Shown here piece after piece: positions 27,292 through 36,339 of a stretch of DNA of 55,252 nt (the stretch's first letter is position 1; each line of letters starts with the position of its first letter). The position numbers and the translations under genes are program-made. The notes beneath the pieces were generated by a model that was not told where the DNA came from, did no database searches, and saw only the letters and a list, made by a program, of their open reading frames with translations. Source of the stretch: Pseudooceanicola sp. (GTDB lineage: Bacteria > Pseudomonadota > Alphaproteobacteria > Rhodobacterales > Rhodobacteraceae); the NCBI GenBank assembly GCA_020441135.1, contig JAGRMS010000291.1, positions 1 to 55,252 of the forward strand, read 5' to 3'.

Positions 27292-28026
27292 TCAGGTCAG
27301 GGCTTCCATCTGGAAGCCCGCTTCGATCAGTTTCTTGCGCAGCCGCAGCAACGCCCGCTTTTCCAGCTGCCGGATGCGGTCCCGCGTGGTGCCGAACTCG
27401 CGCGCCAGCGCGTCAACCGTGTCCGGCGGGTCGTTCAGGCTCAGACGCCGCACGATGTCCGCGTCCTGCACCTCCATCCGCGACAGCGCGGACTCCAGCA
27501 GCCGCCGCTGCTCCTGTTCCGACGACTGTAGCGCCACCATCTCTTCCGGCGTCATCCCCGAAGCGATCAGCTTGCCCGCCAGCTCGCCCCCCTCGCCCAG
27601 GTCCACCGTGCCGTACATCGCCATGCGCGCGGCCTCGCTGTCCTCGTCGCCCAGCCGCCCGCCCTTGGCGTCCAGGAAGGTCCGCACCGGGATGTCGATC
27701 ACGCTCTTGATCCGCACCAGCGCCGCCGCCACGCCGTTCAGCACCCACCAGCCCGCATAGGTCGAGAACCGCACCTCCTGGTCCAGGTCGAAGCTGTCCG
27801 CCGCCCGCATCAGGCCGATCATCCCCTCGGCCACCAGGTCTTCGATATGGGCGGGGTTGTCGGTCCAGCGCGCCGCCTGGGCATAGACCTGCCGGGCGTG
27901 CGACCGCAGCAGCAGTTCAAGCGCGGCCCGATCTCCCTGCTGCTGCCACTGGCGAAGCGCCGTGCGCTCCTCGGCCATTGTCAGCATAGGCTCGTTCATC
28001 GCCGCCCGTCGCGTGATAAACATCAT
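27292..28026 (-). CDS. Sigma-70 family sigma factor, RpoH-related
   Basis: EDLVAEGMIGLMRAADSFD..VRFSTYAGWWV (region 2); LAREFGTTRDRIRQLEKRAL (region 4). Confidence 0.9.
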   Translation of the reverse strand: MMFITRRAAMNEPMLTMAEERTALRQWQQQGDRAALELLLRSHARQVYAQAARWTDNPAHIEDLVAEGMIGLMRAADSFDLDQEVRFSTYAGWWVLNGVAAALVRIKSVIDIPVRTFLDAKGGRLGDEDSEAARMAMYGTVDLGEGGELAGKLIASGMTPEEMVALQSSEQEQRRLLESALSRMEVQDADIVRRLSLNDPPDTVDALAREFGTTRDRIRQLEKRALLRLRKKLIEAGFQMEALT

Positions 28027-28112
28027 CTGAGGCTATCCGACAAGTATCCGGTATCATGGACATATAAACACAGCCCATGAATATCCGAAAGAACATTGGG
28101 GTTTACGGATGA

Positions 28113-28889
28113 TTAAATTCCTCGGGGCTGCCGAAGCATTTCCCAATCCATGACCGGCCTGCGCTGACCCAGAACGGCATTGACCGCGCCGCGCACCATC
28201 TCCACCCAATCGGTCATGGCATGGTTCGCGCCCTGGAAGCAGAGCAGCCCGGCAGGCAGCCGGTCATAGGTCGGCGCGGCAAAGCCCGGCTCCATCGTGG
28301 CAAGGTAGCGCCGCAGCCCCGCACCCGCCAGCGCCCGCGCCTCGACGAACAGGCCGCTGCGGTCCGTCTCGGGCTGACGTGCGCCCGCCCAATAGGCCCC
28401 AAGCGTCGCCGCCAGTCCCCGGCAGAAGGCATCTGCCTCCAGCCCCAGATGCAGCAGCCCGGCCGACCGGGCCATCCGGTCGAACGCGCAGGCCATGACG
28501 AACAGCGCCTCGTTCTCCCGCTCCAGCGGAAAGGTGCCGATGCGCAGGATGCCAAGGGCCGTGTTCGCGACGGCCACACCCAGGTCGTAGGACAGCAGCG
28601 CCATGTCCATCGGTCCCGCCAGGCAGTCCTCGTCCAGGATCATCACGACGCAGCCATAGGGCACGTCGATCCCCAGTTCCTCGGTCAGCACGTCCCCCAG
28701 CGACAGCTCGGGCATCAGCTCGATTTCATCGTGCAGCATCCGCGCGCGGGTGCTGCCCACCGGCCCTTTCAGCAGGATGCATCGCGCCGGAACGAACGCT
28801 TGAAACAGCCGCCGCACCCGCTTGCTCTCGGCCAGCCCGGCCGGACGGATTGCGCCACGCCAAATCTGTTCGAGGACACCGTCCCGCAT
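28113..28889 (-). CDS. Hypothetical protein
   Basis: 258-aa ORF filling the gap, co-oriented with neighbours; no motif recognised. Confidence 0.6.
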   Translation of the reverse strand: MRDGVLEQIWRGAIRPAGLAESKRVRRLFQAFVPARCILLKGPVGSTRARMLHDEIELMPELSLGDVLTEELGIDVPYGCVVMILDEDCLAGPMDMALLSYDLGVAVANTALGILRIGTFPLERENEALFVMACAFDRMARSAGLLHLGLEADAFCRGLAATLGAYWAGARQPETDRSGLFVEARALAGAGLRRYLATMEPGFAAPTYDRLPAGLLCFQGANHAMTDWVEMVRGAVNAVLGQRRPVMDWEMLRQPRGI

Positions 28890-29171
28890 TGCATCCCGCC
28901 CCGTATTCTCTGCCCGTTAAGCTACGTTAACGGAAGGTTTCGGATTGCAGCCAGACCATGAGTGTAAACCGGAACGCCCAGATAGGGGTCATGGTTCCGC
29001 TTGGGCACACCCGATCTTGCACAAGCCACCATATCTAGAGGTGGTCGCGGCTTTGTGAACAAGGTGTATTTTCAGCCCCCCGGGCCGCCGTCAAACCGGC
29101 AAATGGTCATCCGGGCGCAGGGATCGAGGTAAAGGCCCAGTTAACAAATCGCCAGGTTGACATGAAGTTCT

Positions 29172-29180
29172 TGTGGATAA
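29172..29180 (-). promoter_or_regulatory. Consensus DnaA box
   Basis: TGTGGATAA = TTATCCACA on the minus strand, in the 28890-29208 intergenic region. Confidence 0.45.
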
Positions 29181-29208
29181 CCTTGTTTTCGCAAGAACTG
29201 AATCCCGC

Positions 29209-30234
29209 TCAGGGAAGCGCAAGCGCCGGGTCGGGATAGGCCAGCTTGATGTCGATCCGCCGGTTCGTCGGCGCCGACGGAGTCTCCGGCAGCAGCGGTT
29301 TCGTATCCGCCAGCCCCGCGATCTGCTCGATCCGGGCCGGGCTCACCCCGTTCTCGATCAGCACCCGCCGCGTCGCATTGGCCCGATCCGCCGACAGCTC
29401 CCAGTTCGAATAGCCCGAACTGCGCAGGAACGGCACCGAATCCGTATGCCCCGAGATCGTCAGCGGATAGGGCATTTCCGCGATCGCCGACCCGATGATC
29501 TCGATCATCTCGCGCGTGTGGTTCTCGATCCGCGACGATCCCGACCCGAACATCGACCGCCCGTCCTGGTCGACGATCTGCACCGTCAGACCCTCGGTGG
29601 TCCGCTCGAACCGGATGTTCGCGGTGAAATCCGCCAGCTCCGGTTTTTGCCGGATCGCGTTGAGGATGCTTTCCTCTACCGCGTCCAGCTGCATCTCGCG
29701 CTCGATCTGCGCCGCCTGCACCTCGGGCGACAGCGCCTCCGCCGGGCCGGTCCCGTCGTGATCGGTGCTGCCCTTGTGCTCGGTCGTGCCGTCCATCTCG
29801 CCCGACCGCGACACCACGTCCTGTCCGCCGCTGCCCGCCGCATCCAGCGGCGCCGGCTCGTATTCCACAACCGTCCGCGTGGTGTCTTCCTTCAGGCGGC
29901 TGTCGAACACCGAAAGCGGGTTCTCGCGGCCGAAGCTCGGCAATTGCACCTCACTCCGCGGCCCTTCCGACCCGCTCAGCACACCCTTCTCGGCCAGCAC
30001 CTGCCCGCCCAGCACGCCATCGCCCTTGCCGCCCTGCTCCGACAGCGACGGCGTGAAGTAATCCGCCAGCCCGCGCAGCTTTTCCTCGTCCGAGGCCGCA
30101 AGGATCCACAACAACAGGAAGAAGGCCATCATGGCGGTCATGAAGTCGGCATAGGCCACCTTCCAGCCGCCGCCGTGGTGGCCGTCGTGGCCGTCTTCCT
30201 CGATCCGCTTGATGATGATCGGTTGGTTGCGCAT
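29209..30234 (-). CDS. motB: Stator protein MotB
   Basis: HHGGGWKVAYADFMTAMMAFFLLLWI; OmpA-like GHTD, NWELSADRA, NRRIDI. Confidence 0.97.
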   Translation of the reverse strand: MRNQPIIIKRIEEDGHDGHHGGGWKVAYADFMTAMMAFFLLLWILAASDEEKLRGLADYFTPSLSEQGGKGDGVLGGQVLAEKGVLSGSEGPRSEVQLPSFGRENPLSVFDSRLKEDTTRTVVEYEPAPLDAAGSGGQDVVSRSGEMDGTTEHKGSTDHDGTGPAEALSPEVQAAQIEREMQLDAVEESILNAIRQKPELADFTANIRFERTTEGLTVQIVDQDGRSMFGSGSSRIENHTREMIEIIGSAIAEMPYPLTISGHTDSVPFLRSSGYSNWELSADRANATRRVLIENGVSPARIEQIAGLADTKPLLPETPSAPTNRRIDIKLAYPDPALALP

Positions 30235-30299
30235 TCCCAGCCCTGCCCGGCCTCATGTCCCTGTGCCGGGGTCTCTGGCGGACCCGCGTTGCACCGGAC

Positions 30300-30743
30300 T
30301 CAGTTTCTGTTCAGCATCCCCGCGCGCTTGCCCTCGGGCTTGCGCGAATACTTCCCGAACCCGCTTTCGCGGGCATACTTCGCCTTGCGGCTGGAATAGC
30401 TCGGCGCCACCAGCGGCACCTCCTGCGACAGCCCGAACCGCGCGCGATACTCCGCCTCGGTCAGCCCGTGTTCCGCCCCGATATGCCGCTTCAGCATCTT
30501 GAAGCCCTTGCCGCAGCAAAGACAGTAGACCTTGTCCTTGGTCGCCGCCTGCTCCACCGGAACCGCCGCCTCGGCAGGTGCCACGCGCACCGCCGGGGCA
30601 ACCTCGGCCAGGTCGCCATCCAGCTCGTGCCGCAGCCGGTTCATCAGCGACACGATGTCGTCCACGCCGACACCCGCCCGCCCGGCATAGGCCGCGACGA
30701 TGCGCGCGATCATCTGATCCTTGCTGTCGTTCGAGTTCATCAT
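30300..30743 (-). CDS. MucR/Ros-family regulator (full length)
   Basis: IARIVAAY N-terminal domain; CLCCGKGFKMLKRHIGAEHGLTEAEYR..LVAPSYS zinc finger. Confidence 0.92.
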   Translation of the reverse strand: MMNSNDSKDQMIARIVAAYAGRAGVGVDDIVSLMNRLRHELDGDLAEVAPAVRVAPAEAAVPVEQAATKDKVYCLCCGKGFKMLKRHIGAEHGLTEAEYRARFGLSQEVPLVAPSYSSRKAKYARESGFGKYSRKPEGKRAGMLNRN

Positions 30744-30845
30744 GCCTCCGACATGCCCCCGGCAGGATTCACAGACAGGTATTCTGAAAGCGGCATCAAA
30801 TCCAGCGTAAATTCATGAATTCCCAAGAAACAATCCCGGGTGTAT

Positions 30846-31154
30846 TCATTCCGTTTCATGCCCAACTTTCGGTTGAGCTCCAAAAAGTGTGGCATTCCTT
30901 GCGCTTATGTAACTCTGCGAGACCATCGGATAGTCATCCGGCAGCCCCCAGCGACGGCGATACTCCGCCGGTGACAGCCCCAGGGACTGGCCCAGGTGGC
31001 GACGCAGCGCGGCCCGCCGCACACCGGTATCGAGGCACACCAGCACGTTCGGCGTCACGCTTTTCTCGATGGAAACCGCAGGCACCCGTCCGCGCACCGC
31101 AGGAACACGGCGCAACATCCGTCGCAGGCGCGCGTAAACTCCTCGCACTGTCAC
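30846..31154 (-). CDS. Truncated MucR/Ros-family protein (DNA-binding domain only)
   Basis: PAVSIEKSVTP..LVCLDTG..LRRHL..LSPAEYRRRWGLPDDYPMV; GTG start with AGAGGGA RBS. Confidence 0.8.
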   Translation of the reverse strand: MTVRGVYARLRRMLRRVPAVRGRVPAVSIEKSVTPNVLVCLDTGVRRAALRRHLGQSLGLSPAEYRRRWGLPDDYPMVSQSYISARNATLFGAQPKVGHETE

Positions 31155-31334
31155 TCTGTCCCTCTGCTGCGGGGTCTTGGCCGCCCCTGTCCTTGCTGCA
31201 AGAACAGTTATGCAAAAATAGTTAAGAATGGTTGAAGGAATGATTTAAAGTGCCAGTTTTCCATGCTCCGCCTTGGATTTTTCGCGCCGGGTCGCTATGT
31301 CAGGCCCCGAATACACCCTAAGCGAGAGCCCCCG

Positions 31335-31988
31335 ATGCGCGGCACATGCGTCATCGTCGACAGCGACCGCCGTCAGCGCGACGAGTTCCAGCGCCTCGCC
31401 CGGCAGGCCGGTCTCGAGGTCACGCTCGCCGCTGCCGACGACACCGACCCGGTGTTCCGGGAACCGGCCGCGCTCCGCCTTGCCATCGTCGCCGTCGACC
31501 CGCCCGAAGACCGCGCCCTCACCCTGCTCTCGCGCCTCTGCCTCGCCGTCCCCGATTGCCTGCTCCTCGCCGTCGATACCGCCGACACACCCGAAAGCGC
31601 CGCCCGCGCCTTTGCCGCCGGGGCGCATGACGTGCTGCGCCTGCCGCTCCGCCCGTCCGAGGCTGCCGCCCGCATCGCCCGCGGCCTTGCCCGCATGTCG
31701 CCCGACCCGCTCCGCCAGGCCGAAGCGATGGTCAACGCGATGATCCGCGACCTCGACCTGAAGCAGGCCGAAGCCCGCCTCCTGCGCATCTTCGCCGCCA
31801 GCCTCGGCCAGATCGTCACCCGCGACGAGCTGTCCCAGCAATTGCACGGCGAACCCTGGACCTATGGCGACCGCCGTTTCGACGTCCACGTCACCCGCAT
31901 CCGCCGCAAGCTGCGCGAAGCCTGGGGCGACCGGCTGGAACTGAAGACCATCCGTTCGGTCGGCTACGCCCTCGAACTGTCAGACTAG
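31335..31988 (+). CDS. Atypical OmpR-family response regulator
   Basis: Winged helix IVTRDEL, DVHVTRIRRKL, TIRSVGY; degenerate receiver; start at ATG 31335. Confidence 0.85.
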   Translation: MRGTCVIVDSDRRQRDEFQRLARQAGLEVTLAAADDTDPVFREPAALRLAIVAVDPPEDRALTLLSRLCLAVPDCLLLAVDTADTPESAARAFAAGAHDVLRLPLRPSEAAARIARGLARMSPDPLRQAEAMVNAMIRDLDLKQAEARLLRIFAASLGQIVTRDELSQQLHGEPWTYGDRRFDVHVTRIRRKLREAWGDRLELKTIRSVGYALELSD

Positions 31989-33821
31989 CGCCGCACCCAG
32001 CGACTCCAGCGGCCCGGTCCAGTCGCCCGCCCGCGCCTGCCGGTGCAGCATCGCCGCGCCATACCACGGATCGCGCGGCCCCTCGCCGCCCCAGTACCAC
32101 ATGCAATCCGCGCCCATCGGGATCAGCAGATGCGCGCCCGGATGCCCCAGCGCCCCGCACATATGCGCCGTGGTGTTGTCGATGCTCGCCACATGATCCA
32201 GCGCCGCGATCTGCGCCGCGAAGCCGGCGAGGTCGCGCATCTGGTCCACTGTGTCGTCGCTGACGAACCGCAGGTCCGGCCGCACCGCCTGCGCCGCCGC
32301 GATATCCGCGGCGCAATCGCCATATTGCAGGTTCACCACCAGCGCGCCCTCGGGCAGCGCCGCCGCCAGCCGCTCCAGCGGAACCGAGCGCAGGTGCCCG
32401 ATCAGGCTCGTGCTCTTCCACGCCACCCCGATCACCGGCGCGCCTTCGGCCATTGCGGAATACGTCTCGCGCAAACCCGCCACGCGCCCCGCGTCCGGCG
32501 CCAGGTAGGCCCCCTGCCCCGCCGATCCGTCCAGATAGCGCGTCAGGTCACCCAGGTAGACCAGCTGGTTCGGCGCCAGTTCCTGCGGCCGCGCCAGGAA
32601 ATCCGCCTTGTCGTGATGGTCGATCCCCAGCCGGTTGCCGTCCAGCAGCGCCCCGAACCGCCCGTCCGCCACCAGCGTCACCCGCGCGTCTGCCTTCAGC
32701 GGAGCCAGCCGCAGCAGCGTCAGCAGCGCCAGCTGGTCGCCGATCCCCTGCTCGCCCATCAGGATCACCCGGTCGAGGCCCGACAGGTTCCCGGCCTCCG
32801 CATTCTCCAAGGGCACCAGCCCCCGCTGCTGTGCCGGAAACCGCTGCGCGTAATAGGGCGCGGCCTCGGCGTACTGCCCCCGGCGCAACAGGAACACCCC
32901 GTAGGCTTTCGCCATGTTCCCGCCATTGCCGGTGACGTGGATCGCCTCCAGGAACGCCGCATCCGCGGCCGCGTCGTCGCCCCGGTCCTGATGGATGTTC
33001 GCCATCACGCCCCGCGCATGCGCGAACCCTTCCGGCGTCGCGAACTCGAAGCTCTCCGCCAGCGCCTCCGCCTCCTCCGACCGGCCCGAGACGCGCAGCA
33101 GCAGCAGCAGCATCCCCGCCACCGCGTCGCGATCCTTCACCTGCTCCAGCAGGTCACGCGCCACCGGCTCGGCCTCGGCGAACCGGCATTGCGTCACCAG
33201 CGCCCGCAGCCGCCCGATCCGGTGCGCCTCGGGTCTCGGGTCCAGGTCATAGGCCAGATGATAGAACGCCGCCGCCCGGTTCGGCTCGTCCGCGTCGATC
33301 AGCATGTCGGCCAGTTTCAGGCACAGCCCCGCGTCCTTCAGCCGGCGGACGTGATCCGCCATCAGGTCCGCCGCCACCAGCCGCCGCCCAAGCTTGGCCA
33401 TCAGCTCCAGGTACAGCCGCGCCAGCCCGGCGTCCTCGCTCCCGGCGGCAAAGGCGCGCGGGATCATCTGCACCGCCTCCTCCACCTGCGCCTCCAGCAC
33501 ATGCGCCTTGGCGATGCCGCCCAGCACCAGCGGATCTTTGGGGCGCAGCGCCAGCGCCTCGCCAAAGAAGGCCCGCGCCGTCTTGCCCTCGCGCTGCGCC
33601 AGCGCCGCGCCGCCCATGACAACCCAGCCGTGGTGGCTCGCCGGATGCGACTGCGTCACCGGATGCGCAAGCTGCACCGCCCGCAGCACCTCGCCCCGCG
33701 CCAGCGCATTGTAGGCTTCGTGCAGGTCGAGCGACTCCGGCCCCTTGATCCCGTAGATCTTCGCCGCCTTCGCCTGCTGCGCCCGCCTGTCCTTCCTTCC
33801 AAGGGTTGCCTGGTTGTTCAT
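31980..33821 (-). CDS. TPR protein with glycosyltransferase-like C-terminus (FlbA-like)
   Basis: TPR-like helical repeats; EQGIGDQL, IGVAWKS, VNLQYG, LDHVASIDNTTAH and WY motifs. Confidence 0.75.
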   Translation of the reverse strand: MNNQATLGRKDRRAQQAKAAKIYGIKGPESLDLHEAYNALARGEVLRAVQLAHPVTQSHPASHHGWVVMGGAALAQREGKTARAFFGEALALRPKDPLVLGGIAKAHVLEAQVEEAVQMIPRAFAAGSEDAGLARLYLELMAKLGRRLVAADLMADHVRRLKDAGLCLKLADMLIDADEPNRAAAFYHLAYDLDPRPEAHRIGRLRALVTQCRFAEAEPVARDLLEQVKDRDAVAGMLLLLLRVSGRSEEAEALAESFEFATPEGFAHARGVMANIHQDRGDDAAADAAFLEAIHVTGNGGNMAKAYGVFLLRRGQYAEAAPYYAQRFPAQQRGLVPLENAEAGNLSGLDRVILMGEQGIGDQLALLTLLRLAPLKADARVTLVADGRFGALLDGNRLGIDHHDKADFLARPQELAPNQLVYLGDLTRYLDGSAGQGAYLAPDAGRVAGLRETYSAMAEGAPVIGVAWKSTSLIGHLRSVPLERLAAALPEGALVVNLQYGDCAADIAAAQAVRPDLRFVSDDTVDQMRDLAGFAAQIAALDHVASIDNTTAHMCGALGHPGAHLLIPMGADCMWYWGGEGPRDPWYGAAMLHRQARAGDWTGPLESLGAALV

Positions 33822-33824
33822 GGC

Positions 33825-35168
33825 CTACTCCCTCGGCACGACAAAGTAATCGACGGTGTTGCGATAGGCGGTGCTGTCCACCACGCGATAGCCCGCCTTG
33901 CGGCACCAGCCCTGCACGAAGCCCATCATGTTCTTGCGCAGCACTTCGATCCAGATCACCGGGCGGTCCCGCGCGATCAACCCGGCCGCCCCGTCCAGCA
34001 CGTCCAGCTCCATGCCCTCGGCGTCGATCTTGATGAAGTCGACCCGGTCCGCGCCCATCAGCACGTCGAGGCTCCGCGTTTCGATCGCTCCGTCCGCCGA
34101 CGGCTCCAGCCGCGTCGCGCCCAGGTTGTCGGCATCGTCGGTCACGGCGGCAAAGCGCCCCTCGCCGCGCCCGGCCCCCAGTCCCCAGCCCCTCCGGTCG
34201 ATCCGCTCGCCGATCCCGTTCGCCGCGATGTTCTGCTCCAGCAAGCACAGCGCCTCCGGGTTCGGCTCCACCGGGTAGATACGCGCCGCATCCATGTTGC
34301 GGGCATACCAGACCACATGGTTCCCGATATTCGCCCCGACCTCGACAATGTGGGGCCGGGGTTTCGGCAGCAGCCGCTTCAGCTTGGCCAGCGACTCCGC
34401 CTCGAAATACTCCCCCCGCAGGTGCGCTGCCTGGATCAGGTCGCGCGGGTTCGTCACGCGCATCCGCGCCGGACTTTCTCTGCCGTCAGGAATTTCTGCG
34501 AAGACGGAAACTTCGGCCAGCTGCTCCGCCCAAAGCCGCGATACCGCCCGCTGCCAGTCCTGCCCCGTCGCGCCGCGCGGGCCGGTCGAATGCTGCCCGC
34601 GCCGGTTGACAAAAAAGATCTCGGGCCGCTTGGCGCAGCGGCACGCGGCCCAAAGCTGATAGTAGAACCGGAAATCCTCGCCCGTATCCATCGCCGCATC
34701 GAACCCGAACCGCGCCGCGCACCCGGTCCGCACAAAGGCCCCGATCTGCAAGGCCAGGTGCGGCTCCACCGTCAGCAGCTGCGCCCGGCTGTCGATCCTC
34801 TCGGGTTGACCCTCGCGCAGCGCCGGCGCGCCGCTTTCGTCAAAGGTGCAGATCAGCCCCCAGACCGCGTCCAGGTTCGGCTCCGCCTCGATCACCCGCC
34901 CGAAAGCCTCGAAGGCGTTCGGCGTCATCACGTCGTCGGCGTCCAGGAAAAAGACCCAGTCGAACCCCTCGGCCCGCGCCCGGGCCAGCGCGTCGTTGCG
35001 CCGGTTGGACCGCCCGTGGCGACCCTCCGTGTCGTCCATCACCAGATGTTCGATTACCTTGAACGGCCCGGCATGATAGGCACGCGCCTGCGCCACCGAC
35101 GGCGCGCAGGACGTCTCCAGCAGCGCCATGTGGCCCGGCCCCACCGGCGTGATGACGGCGCATTTCAT
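33825..35168 (-). CDS. Glycosyltransferase (GT-A) fused to FkbM-family methyltransferase
   Basis: From ATG 35168: AVITPV, RNDAL, VFFLDADD, GEDF; then VEVGANIGNH, VEPNP, DFIKIDAEGMELDVLDGA. Confidence 0.85.
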   Translation of the reverse strand: MKCAVITPVGPGHMALLETSCAPSVAQARAYHAGPFKVIEHLVMDDTEGRHGRSNRRNDALARARAEGFDWVFFLDADDVMTPNAFEAFGRVIEAEPNLDAVWGLICTFDESGAPALREGQPERIDSRAQLLTVEPHLALQIGAFVRTGCAARFGFDAAMDTGEDFRFYYQLWAACRCAKRPEIFFVNRRGQHSTGPRGATGQDWQRAVSRLWAEQLAEVSVFAEIPDGRESPARMRVTNPRDLIQAAHLRGEYFEAESLAKLKRLLPKPRPHIVEVGANIGNHVVWYARNMDAARIYPVEPNPEALCLLEQNIAANGIGERIDRRGWGLGAGRGEGRFAAVTDDADNLGATRLEPSADGAIETRSLDVLMGADRVDFIKIDAEGMELDVLDGAAGLIARDRPVIWIEVLRKNMMGFVQGWCRKAGYRVVDSTAYRNTVDYFVVPRE

Positions 35169-36214
35169 TCCGAGCTGGCCAGCAGCCGCTCGATCGTGTT
35201 CACCGGCCCCTCGGGCACCATGTTGACCGCCGCCGCCGCGGTGCCCGCCACCACGCAGGCCGCCGCCGCCACCCGCAAGGGCCGCAGCCAGCTGCGCCGC
35301 GGCTTGATGACCTGCGGCACCGGAGCCTCGTCCACCGCGTCCTCTTCCTCGACGTCCTCGACCACCGGCCCGCCCGGCGCCAGGAACACGCCCTCCGCCG
35401 TGATCGTCGCCTCGACCTTGAACTGCCGCCCCTCGAAGGCCCGCTGCAACGCGCCCGGAAACGCCTCCAGCGGAATGTCCAGCACCGCCGCCATGCCCGG
35501 CATCCAGTCCAGCAGCGCCCAGCGGGGCAGGTAGAACCGCCAGAAGTCCGCGCTGAACCCGATCTCGTTCACCACACGCGGAGTCGTCCGCACCGACAGC
35601 CGCTCGGGCGACAGGATCACCCGCACATGCCCGCCGACGATCCCGATCAGCCCCGCGCCGAACTGGCACTCGCGCTGCGGCCCGCCCGGCAGGAAGCCCG
35701 CCGGCATCTTCGGTGCAGGCGGCGGCGCGGGTGCGGCCGGGGTCTCCGCCGCCATCCGCCGCACCTTCTCGGCAATGTCCGCCTTCGCCAGCCCCAGGTT
35801 CAGCCGCCGCACCGGCCCCGCGTGGATCGGCTCCTTCTCCTCGGCCACCGCCTCGGGCGCTTTCGGCGCCTCCTTCTCGTGCTCGTAGCGCTCCAGGTAA
35901 TCCTTCGCCTTCGCCACCAGCTTCGGAATCCCCGCCACCAGCGTCAGCATGTCCTGCTCTTCCGAGAAGCGCACCGCCCGCGTCGGCCAGCCCTTGACCT
36001 CGGGCGCCACCGGGAAACTGCGCGTCGGCAGTTCCAGCGCCGCCGCGGCCCGCCGCAGCGCGCGGCTGCCCTCCTCGGCATGGAAGATCACTGTCCGGCA
36101 GGTGCCGTCCGCCTTCAGGCAAAGCAGCAGGCTCAAGACCTCGGGCCAGTCCGGCAGCACGCTGCGAACCAGTTCCGCATCAAGGCAGTAGGCGAAGGCG
36201 TCAGAATTATTCAT
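35165..36214 (-). CDS. Hypothetical protein with C-terminal hydrophobic segment
   Basis: 349-aa ORF with ATGA coupling to the GT-FkbM gene; divergent from motA. Confidence 0.7.
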   Translation of the reverse strand: MNNSDAFAYCLDAELVRSVLPDWPEVLSLLLCLKADGTCRTVIFHAEEGSRALRRAAAALELPTRSFPVAPEVKGWPTRAVRFSEEQDMLTLVAGIPKLVAKAKDYLERYEHEKEAPKAPEAVAEEKEPIHAGPVRRLNLGLAKADIAEKVRRMAAETPAAPAPPPAPKMPAGFLPGGPQRECQFGAGLIGIVGGHVRVILSPERLSVRTTPRVVNEIGFSADFWRFYLPRWALLDWMPGMAAVLDIPLEAFPGALQRAFEGRQFKVEATITAEGVFLAPGGPVVEDVEEEDAVDEAPVPQVIKPRRSWLRPLRVAAAACVVAGTAAAAVNMVPEGPVNTIERLLASSE

Positions 36215-36339
36215 GCTCTTTGGCGTCAGTTGGCAGCCGGACGTTGCTTTTATACTTTATTATGCTTGCGACGAAGTCAATTATGTTTATCATAATCTTG
36301 GATATTCGAACCGTTCCCGCGCAAAATACGGACTGATAC

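Noticed and set aside
29026-29041. NrdR-box-like CACCATATCTAGAG
   Set aside because: Single imperfect copy and no ribonucleotide reductase gene nearby
32043-35534. Very long opposite-strand ORFs (also 24783-27710, 46790-49555, 6534-8702, 53361-55211)
   Set aside because: Arg/Pro/His-rich shadow frames of well-supported genes, expected in high-GC DNA
33825-36122. 765-aa ORF as a single protein
   Set aside because: The N-terminal part is an alternative frame of 35165-36214; the real gene starts at ATG 35168 with an ATGA overlap
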